Source: an uncultured Clostridia bacterium
GTDB lineage: Bacteria; Bacillota; Clostridia; Christensenellales; UBA3700
Assembly: GCA_937880755.1 (NCBI GenBank)
Contig: CALGRX010000020.1
Coordinates: 56,119 to 120,118 of the forward strand
Length of the DNA: 64,000 nt
Reading direction: 5' to 3'
Below the pieces are notes generated by a model, which searched no databases, was not told the origin of the DNA, and worked only from the letters and a program-made list of their open reading frames with translations. The translations under genes were made by a program, and so were the position numbers. Of the stretch, positions 58,094 to 64,000 are shown one piece after another; within the stretch, counting starts at the first letter, position 1, and the number at the start of each line of letters is the position of its first letter.

Positions 58094-58528
58094 CTATCTT
58101 CTCCACATAATTATCGCATCTTCCGTATTATTATAATATTTTTTTCTTAATCCTTCTTGTCTAAAGCCTGCCTTCTCGTACAATTTTTGCGCAACTGTAT
58201 TGTTTGCACCCACCTCGAGAGTTATCGAAGCTATACCTCTGCTCTTGCATTCCTCTATCATATCGCTCATCAAAGCCGTACCCACACCCTTGTTTTGCCA
58301 AGCGCTATCCACCGCAATATTGTTGACGTCGGCTTCGTCGAGTATTTGATAAAAACTGTAATATCCAACCACTTTGCCGTCAATAGTCGCTACCTTTGCC
58401 ACGGCATTATCAGTCGTCGTCAATTTTTGTATTGACTCCTTGCTCCAAGGCGAGACGATGAGAGCCTTTTCTATCTCCCACACGCTATCCACGTGCTTTG
58501 CGTTCATTGTAATTATTTCAATTGCCAT
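58094..58528 (-). CDS. rimI: Ribosomal-protein-alanine N-acetyltransferase RimI (GNAT)
   Basis: 144 aa with the GNAT motif QNKGVGTALM. Lies in a tsaE-tsaB-rimI arrangement. Confidence 0.85.
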   Translation of the reverse strand: MAIEIITMNAKHVDSVWEIEKALIVSPWSKESIQKLTTTDNAVAKVATIDGKVVGYYSFYQILDEADVNNIAVDSAWQNKGVGTALMSDMIEECKSRGIASITLEVGANNTVAQKLYEKAGFRQEGLRKKYYNNTEDAIIMWRR

Positions 58529-59099
58529 CTTTTTCTCTCTCGGCTTGCGACTTTTTCATATACATAGGCGCAAGCTTGTCGTATCTGCCCTTTTGCATCT
58601 TCCATTTGGCTATTTCCAATAGCTTAACGGGGTCGCTATATCGGGTTTTGTACACAACGCTATCGCCCATAGATTTTAGCTGTTCAACATTATATATGCA
58701 AAACTCATTGATATTTTGCCAATTTCCGTCTAATTTTGCCGAGTAATATTCTCCGTGTCCGCAGTCTATTGCCACTACTTTACACTTAGAGTCGCAGTCG
58801 TAGGCTATCTCCTCAAAGGCAGTTATTGGCACCGTCTTTAGATTACACGCCGTAGCCAGAGCCTCGGCAGTAGCAATACCTATCCTTATGCCCGTAAACG
58901 AGCCTGCGCCCACCACGCACGCAACGCCGTCCAAGTCTTTTACAGTCATAGCCAACTCGCCAAGCACTTCGTCAATGAGGGGCAAAATCGCGCCGTTGTG
59001 TCTTTTGTTTCCTTCGCTAATTCTGCTTGCAACTTTGTCCCCGTTGCACGCTACTATAACCAATCTATCCGACACGCTGTCTATAGCCAAAATCTTCAT
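58518..59099 (-). CDS. tsaB: tRNA t6A37 biosynthesis protein TsaB (YeaZ)
   Basis: 193 aa starting MKILAIDSV and containing GAGSFTGIRIG. Confidence 0.9.
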   Translation of the reverse strand: MKILAIDSVSDRLVIVACNGDKVASRISEGNKRHNGAILPLIDEVLGELAMTVKDLDGVACVVGAGSFTGIRIGIATAEALATACNLKTVPITAFEEIAYDCDSKCKVVAIDCGHGEYYSAKLDGNWQNINEFCIYNVEQLKSMGDSVVYKTRYSDPVKLLEIAKWKMQKGRYDKLAPMYMKKSQAEREKDGN

Positions 59100-59494
59100 A
59101 ATATCTCTATTTCCCTAGTATGTTCGTCTATCGCCTTGATATTGACGACGATAGGATTTTTTATATTTCGGAACTTATTCCACTCAATTACGCACACGCC
59201 GTCCATATCGAGGTAGTCGGCAAGCCCCAATTCGTACAATTCGTCCTCGTTGTCGGCTCTATACATATCGAAGTGATACAGAGTCAGTCTTCCCTCGTAA
59301 CTCTTCATAAATGTAAAGGTAGGCGAAGTAACGGTGTCTTGTACCCCCAAAGCAAGAGCCAAGCCCTTGGTAAAAGTCGTCTTTCCCGCGCCCAAATCAC
59401 CGCTGAGTAGAATAACCTCGCCCCCTTTGAGGTCGGTGGCGATTTTTTTGGCGATATCGTATGTATCTTGCACGCAATGACTGACAAATTTCAT
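59096..59494 (-). CDS. tsaE: tRNA t6A37 biosynthesis ATPase TsaE (YjeE)
   Basis: P-loop GDLGAGKTTFTKG. The ATG at 59492-59494 was chosen; the 37 upstream codons in the track would run through the divergent ribU promoter and riboswitch. Confidence 0.9.
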   Translation of the reverse strand: MKFVSHCVQDTYDIAKKIATDLKGGEVILLSGDLGAGKTTFTKGLALALGVQDTVTSPTFTFMKSYEGRLTLYHFDMYRADNEDELYELGLADYLDMDGVCVIEWNKFRNIKNPIVVNIKAIDEHTREIEIL

Positions 59495-59513
59495 ATAATC
59501 AATTATATTATAC

Positions 59514-59542
59514 TTGACATTGATTTGCAAACGATTTATAAT
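59514..59542 (+). promoter_or_regulatory. Sigma-A promoter of the FMN riboswitch-ribU unit (TTGACA-17-TATAAT)
   Basis: TTGACA at 59514-59519, 17 nt spacer, TATAAT at 59537-59542. Confidence 0.7.
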
Positions 59543-59554
59543 CCTATCAATCAA

Positions 59555-59680
59555 ATAAATTCTTTGAGGGCAGGTGCAATTCCTCACCGGTGGTACAGTC
59601 CACAAACGTCGTAAATCTTTATGCGACGCCGAATAGGTGCAATTCCTATACCGACAGTATAGTCTGGATGAGAAAGGAAG
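59555..59680 (+). promoter_or_regulatory. FMN riboswitch (RFN element)
   Basis: Conserved RFN cores are present: GAGGGCAGGTGCAATTCCTCACCGGTGGTA, ...GGTGCAATTCCTATACCGACAGTATAGTCTGGATGAGAAAGGAAG. The 3' P1 strand overlaps the ribU RBS. The downstream gene is a riboflavin ECF S component. Confidence 0.9.
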
Positions 59681-59686
59681 ATTATT

Positions 59687-60466
59687 ATGAAGACTTTTAC
59701 CGTGTCCAAGGCAAGGTTTCTTGCCGTTACTGCAATCATGGTCGCAGTTTCCTCTGTTTTGCGACTTCTCGAGTTCAACGTTCCTATTTTACCTTCTTTT
59801 TTAAAGATGGATTTTTCGCTGACACCCGCAATTATTTCGACGTATGCGCTAGGTCCCGTATCGGGTTTCTTAGTCGTATTGCTCACCGAGACGTTATCGC
59901 TCATCAAGACCACTACTAGTGGCGTCGGTGAGATTTGCAATATAATGCTCGGCACTCTTATGGTCGTACCCGCGGGGCTAATCTACAACCGACACACCTC
60001 TTTCAAGGGTGCAATAGTTGGCGCACTTACCGGCACCGTGCTTATGTCGCTGCTTAGTCTAGTCACCAATTACTTTATTACCTACCCAATCTACTACAAC
60101 TTTATGCCTCAAGAAGTCATCTTGGGCATGTATCAAGCCATATTGCCTTCCGTCAAGAGCATTGTGCAATGTTTGTTGATTTTCAACTTACCGCTCACTT
60201 TCTGCAAAGGCTTTGCTTCGTCGCTCGTCACCTTCCTACTCTACAAGAAGCTCTCCCCTATCATCAAGGGCGTCAAGAGCAAGGCTCGTAAGGTTGTGAC
60301 CGAGGCGGTTACCGCAACGCCTACCGATACGACGACACAAGAAGTCGTAGCCGATTGCACTGCCGAGCAACCAACCGAAGTTGTGGACGATTTAAGTATA
60401 GCGCAATCAGGCGAAGTTACTACGACTTCTAACGACGACCAACCGACAGACCAATCCAACCAATAA
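59687..60466 (+). CDS. ribU: ECF transporter S component for riboflavin (RibU-like) with an acidic T/D/E-rich C-terminal tail
   Basis: 259 aa with RibU-like helices (LKMDFSLTPAIISTYALGP) behind the FMN riboswitch. The tail is ATPTDTTTQEVVADCTAEQPTEVVDDLSIAQSGEVTTTSNDDQPTDQSNQ. Confidence 0.85.
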   Translation: MKTFTVSKARFLAVTAIMVAVSSVLRLLEFNVPILPSFLKMDFSLTPAIISTYALGPVSGFLVVLLTETLSLIKTTTSGVGEICNIMLGTLMVVPAGLIYNRHTSFKGAIVGALTGTVLMSLLSLVTNYFITYPIYYNFMPQEVILGMYQAILPSVKSIVQCLLIFNLPLTFCKGFASSLVTFLLYKKLSPIIKGVKSKARKVVTEAVTATPTDTTTQEVVADCTAEQPTEVVDDLSIAQSGEVTTTSNDDQPTDQSNQ

Positions 60467-60486
60467 TTTTGTTTATTTCAACGTCT

Positions 60487-60520
60487 AATGCACAACGTCT
60501 ATAGTTGTGCATTATTTCGT
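60487..60520 (+). terminator. ribU terminator
   Basis: AATGCACAAC-gtctata-GTTGTGCATT followed by ATTTCGT. Confidence 0.65.
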
Positions 60521-60620
60521 ATACGATTAGTATTAGCCTTGCCCTCACTTACCAATTGTCTTTTGCCGTCAAAAACATCTTGAAAAAACTATATGCCTTA
60601 CGAACTGAGTAATTGCTTAC

Positions 60621-60733
60621 GTCATTGCGATATATTTTGTTATCAATGCGTTGCGTGCATTGGCGATCTCAACCTTTTTTGTCTCCTTTGTGCATAGGGA
60701 GGCGACTCGCCGAAAGGCGAGACGGAGGGATTG
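60621..60733. repeat. Second locus of the A-unit + B-hairpin intergenic repeat module
   Basis: The A-like unit GTCATTGCGATATATTTTG...TGGCGATCTCA spans 60621-60671. The B element at 60683-60733 matches 53275-53325 at 45 of 51 positions by hand alignment. Confidence 0.8.
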
Positions 60734-60782
60734 CATCCTATAACATCCTTTGAGAGTACGACTAAGTCTATACAAAAAGCAC

Positions 60783-60806
60783 ACTTTATGTGTGCTTAAA
60801 TAATGT
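60783..60806 (-). terminator. deoC terminator
   Basis: Minus strand: AGCACAC-ataaa-GTGTGCT followed by TTTTTG, 5 nt after the stop. Confidence 0.7.
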
Positions 60807-60811
60807 ATAAG

Positions 60812-61444
60812 TTATTTCACTATATCTATCGACGCGCTCGTGCCGAGCCTATCCGCCCCTGCCTCTATCATTTTGAGTGCGGTTTGCTTTTCTCTTATGC
60901 CACCGCTCGCCTTGACTTTTAGACCTTGGCAGTTCTTTTTCATCAGAGCCACGTCCTCAACCGTTGCACCGCCCGTCGAAAATCCCGTCGAAGTCTTAAC
61001 GAAGTGCGCGCCCGCCTCCGCCGATATACGGCACGCTTCGGCTATTTCTTCTTTGCTTAGTAGGCAAGTCTCCAAAATAACCTTGACAACTACGCCCGAG
61101 CCGTCGACCACGGCTTTGATATCCTCTTTTACGCCATCGTAGTCCTTATCCTTCATCAGTCCCACGTTGATGACCATATCAATTTCGCTCGCTCCGTTTT
61201 GCACGGCTTCTTTTGTTTCAGCAACTTTGCAACTTGTGGTGGTCGCCCCAAGCGGAAAGCCGACTACGCACGCCACGTTGACGTCGCTATCCTTTAGCAA
61301 TTCGCTTGCTTGCTTTACTCTGCACGCGTTGACGCACACGCTGGCAAAGCCGTATTCCACTGCCTCACGGCACAACTTCTCCACGTCTTCTTTGGTTGCT
61401 TGAGCTTTGAGAATAGTATGGTCTATGTATTTTGCTAAGTTCAT
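60812..61444 (-). CDS. deoC: Deoxyribose-phosphate aldolase
   Basis: 210 aa starting KYIDHTILK, with the Schiff-base lysine region VKASGGIR. Confidence 0.93.
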   Translation of the reverse strand: MNLAKYIDHTILKAQATKEDVEKLCREAVEYGFASVCVNACRVKQASELLKDSDVNVACVVGFPLGATTTSCKVAETKEAVQNGASEIDMVINVGLMKDKDYDGVKEDIKAVVDGSGVVVKVILETCLLSKEEIAEACRISAEAGAHFVKTSTGFSTGGATVEDVALMKKNCQGLKVKASGGIREKQTALKMIEAGADRLGTSASIDIVK

Positions 61445-62730
61445 TTTATCATCTCCAATATCAGTTTATTTCGTTTAGGTTTTTGGTTGTCTATTGCCAC
61501 GGCACTCACTACCTTAGTCTTTATATTTTCATGTCGTATATCGTTATAGTAAACATTGGCTATCACGTCGCCTTTGGTAACCTTATCTCCCACGTTTACA
61601 GTCATTTCTACGCCTACCCAAGGGTCAATTTTGTCCTCGACTTTTATTCTACCACCACCCATATCGCGGACGACTTCGGCTACTTTCATAGCGTCTATAT
61701 CGCTCACGTAGCCGTTGCACTCAGCCAAAATCTTAGATACGTATCGAGTATTTAGTAGTTTTTCGGGATTTTTGAGATATTCGATATCACCACCTTGTTC
61801 GGCTATCATATTCTCAAAGACTTGATATGCTCTTCCGCTGATTATTGCTTCTTCGGCTATTTCTCTTGCGTTATCGATTCCTGCCGATTCCAAGAGTCGT
61901 TCGGCAAGAGCCATCGACACCTCGTATAGATTGCCACGGCTTTCGTTTTTCAAGACCTTTAGTGCGCCGTACACTTCAAGGCTATTGCCCACGTAGTTGC
62001 TGAGAGGCGCGTTCATATTCGTCACCAATGCACTGATATTTCTTCCGCTCGCCCTACCTATCGACACCATCAACTTGGCAAGTTTTACGGCGTCCTCTTG
62101 ATTTTTCATAAATGCGCCCCTACCACACTTGACGTCGAGTACGATATTCTTCGCACCACCGGCAAGTTTTTTGGACATAATTGACGAAGCGATGAGTGCC
62201 ACGCTATCCACCGTTGCGGTAACGTCCCTAAGGGCGTACAACTTCTTATCGGCAGGGCAAATCTGTCCCGTTTGTCCCGCTACGGCAATACCGATTTTGT
62301 CCACTTGATTGTAGAATTTTTCGGGGCTCATAGATACGCTAAGTCCCTCGATAGACTCTAGTTTGTCTAGAGTTCCACCGGTATGCCCAAGACCTCGTCC
62401 GCTCATCTTCGCACCTATTAGTCCGCACGCCACCACGGTAGGCAAAACGACGAAGGTAGTACTGTCGCCCACTCCGCCCGAACTGTGCTTATCCGCGCTC
62501 AAGTCGCCGTATGCCGACAAGTCCAATATATCTCCGCTATTTGCCATAGCGTTAGTGAGCCATACTGCCTCTTGGTCGGTCATACCTTTGAGGACGATAG
62601 CCATCAACAAAGCAGAAGTTTGATAATCGGCAATCTCTCCGCTCATCAAACCCTCTATCCAAAAGTCGATTTGTTCTTTTCTCAACTCTTTACCGACTTT
62701 TTTGTCCTCAATTATCTCGATTATATTCAT
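61441..62730 (-). CDS. pdp: Pyrimidine-nucleoside (thymidine) phosphorylase
   Basis: 429 aa with [10 protein letters not shown] and the [16 protein letters not shown] signature. Confidence 0.93.
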   Translation of the reverse strand: MNIIEIIEDKKVGKELRKEQIDFWIEGLMSGEIADYQTSALLMAIVLKGMTDQEAVWLTNAMANSGDILDLSAYGDLSADKHSSGGVGDSTTFVVLPTVVACGLIGAKMSGRGLGHTGGTLDKLESIEGLSVSMSPEKFYNQVDKIGIAVAGQTGQICPADKKLYALRDVTATVDSVALIASSIMSKKLAGGAKNIVLDVKCGRGAFMKNQEDAVKLAKLMVSIGRASGRNISALVTNMNAPLSNYVGNSLEVYGALKVLKNESRGNLYEVSMALAERLLESAGIDNAREIAEEAIISGRAYQVFENMIAEQGGDIEYLKNPEKLLNTRYVSKILAECNGYVSDIDAMKVAEVVRDMGGGRIKVEDKIDPWVGVEMTVNVGDKVTKGDVIANVYYNDIRHENIKTKVVSAVAIDNQKPKRNKLILEMIK

Positions 62731-63082
62731 TGCCTCTCCTAATTTTGCAAGACCTTATCAACGCCCTAACCTCGTCTACGTTGACGGTCTGTTGCTTTTT
62801 CAGTTTGCTTGCCTTGTAATAGATGTCGCAATCGAAACACACCACCGCGCGTATTCCAAACTCGCTATCGATAGTCGCCGTCAACTCTTCTACGAGCTTC
62901 TGCCTTTGAGAGCGACTATATATCGGCGCCGTTGTCACGCACACCAAAGCCTCATCGTCCACTACTAGACAAATCGCCGTATTTATCAAGTCGTTTTGCG
63001 CTACGCGAGCCTCAATCTTCTCCTCGACGTTACCACCGCTTACCGCTACTGCAATATAAAGAGCCAATGCCAAAGTTTTCAT
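62708..63082 (-). CDS. Hypothetical small exported protein, YhcN/YlaJ-like pattern
   Basis: 124 aa with the signal-like N-terminus MKTLALALYIAVAVSG (no lipobox Cys). The central pattern NTAICLVVDDEALVCVTT resembles YhcN/YlaJ proteins. The 3' end overlaps the pdp start by 23 nt. Confidence 0.4.
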   Translation of the reverse strand: MKTLALALYIAVAVSGGNVEEKIEARVAQNDLINTAICLVVDDEALVCVTTAPIYSRSQRQKLVEELTATIDSEFGIRAVVCFDCDIYYKASKLKKQQTVNVDEVRALIRSCKIRRGNEYNRDN

Positions 63083-63144
63083 ACCCTTTATATGTGCAAT
63101 TTTGTATCAAATATACGCCAAGATATTTTTATTTTTGACCAATA

Positions 63145-63492
63145 TCAGTTATTTTCCCCATTATACCTCGTTACGTTGGTGCCGTCCGACCACAGTTGTT
63201 CCAAAGAATACAATCTTCTCGTCTCTTCGTGGAAGATATGAACGATTACGTCGCCGTAGTCAACTACCGCCCATCTACCCTCTTGTTTTCCCTCGCTTCT
63301 CAGTGGTTGCCTACCGAGTTTGGACATTTCGTCGTCTACGTAGTTGGCAAGAGCCTTGACTTGAGTAGTAGAGCGACCGGAACAAATGATAAAGTCGTCG
63401 GCGATAACGGTGAGGTGTCTTATATCCACCACCACTATGTCTTGCGCTTTTTTGCTATCGAGTATTTTGCATATTTCTTGTGTAATATTCAT
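63145..63492 (-). CDS. rsfS: Ribosome silencing factor RsfS (iojap)
   Basis: 115 aa with a DYGDVIVHIF-type motif. Downstream of yqeK, as in Firmicutes. Confidence 0.93.
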   Translation of the reverse strand: MNITQEICKILDSKKAQDIVVVDIRHLTVIADDFIICSGRSTTQVKALANYVDDEMSKLGRQPLRSEGKQEGRWAVVDYGDVIVHIFHEETRRLYSLEQLWSDGTNVTRYNGENN

Positions 63493-63504
63493 ATTTATCC
63501 TCTA

Positions 63505-64000
63505 TTAGTTTATATTTTGTTGTTGTTTATTTTCGTTGCGATAATAGTCTACCGACTTTGTCGTCAGCGGATAGATATCTCCGCCACGATTGACAAGATA
63601 GGCGTATTGGTGTTCCATACACGCCACGAAGCCTCGATGCAAGTCTTGCCATATTACCTTTCTCAACTCGTCCACACCCTCGAAGTCCCTATCCTCTTCC
63701 AGCATATCGGCACAGAATATCAGCTTGTCGAGGTCGGTCATATTAGGCTTGGCAGTCGTATGGTATTTGATTGCATTGAGCACTTCCTCATCGTGTATGC
63801 CAAACTCTTCTCGTGCCACCACGCTACCCGCAAACTGATGATACACGGGCGTATCCTCGCTATCGGCAGGTATCGACGGGTCGTCCACGTGTCTTACTCT
63901 CTTAGCGCAATCGTGCAAAAGCCCCGCCGTCAAAATCTTATCGGTATCTAGTCCTAAGTTCAAATCGCTGTTGAGCTTTAGCGCGCAATAAGCCACTCTC
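63505..64000 (-). CDS. yqeK: HD-domain phosphohydrolase YqeK (Ap4A hydrolase family), 5' end beyond the window edge
   Basis: HD motif GLLHDCAK. The frame is open to the window edge, and the track start is an internal GTG. Confidence 0.85.
   Translation of the reverse strand, partial: RVAYCALKLNSDLNLGLDTDKILTAGLLHDCAKRVRHVDDPSIPADSEDTPVYHQFAGSVVAREEFGIHDEEVLNAIKYHTTAKPNMTDLDKLIFCADMLEEDRDFEGVDELRKVIWQDLHRGFVACMEHQYAYLVNRGGDIYPLTTKSVDYYRNENKQQQNIN

Overview
A 64 kb chromosomal segment from a low-GC Gram-positive bacterium (Bacillota, Clostridia-like; the organism cannot be named from sequence alone). About 90% of the genes lie on the minus strand, with no strand switch anywhere, so the window sits inside one replichore. 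The content is mostly core. It includes the start of the dcw cluster (mraZ-rsmH-[ftsL slot]-class B PBP-murE), tig-clpP-clpX-lon-engB, yggS-sepF-lspA-rluD and a long-form SRP RNA. It also includes groES-groEL behind a degenerate CIRCE, pncB, lgt, divergent galK/galT, dnaX-ybaB-recR and a GPH sugar symporter. A solitary mazF, nnr and a purE-purM-purN-purH-purD-purL operon fused to ygiQ-recX follow. The right end holds gdhA, a WYL regulator, icd, ddl-murF, tsaE-tsaB-rimI, an FMN riboswitch with ribU, deoC-pdp and rsfS-yqeK. The only clearly accessory stretch is 47.35-50.5 kb. There, an array of five co-oriented DnaA boxes sits next to a start-less, compositionally mosaic 848-codon ORF. That ORF looks like an internal fragment of a phage or conjugative-element polyvalent protein (ART-like plus MuF_C/PBECR-like modules) abutting the gdhA terminator. 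Six other points deserve a second look. (1) An N/Y/Q-rich bitopic protein occupies the ftsL slot, and SepF has a Q/P/Y-rich N-terminal extension. (2) A MurF has its N-terminal domain replaced by about five TM helices. (3) A MazF/EndoA homologue has no adjacent antitoxin. (4) Intergenic repeat families are present, one with a compensatory base-pair change between its two copies. (5) A 20 bp perfect inverted repeat combined with a 29 bp direct repeat lies upstream of groES. (6) Motif arrays lie upstream of mraZ. All calls rest on the ORF track, hand translation, remembered family motifs and synteny. No database search was possible, so family names for the accessory ORF are recollection-based hypotheses.
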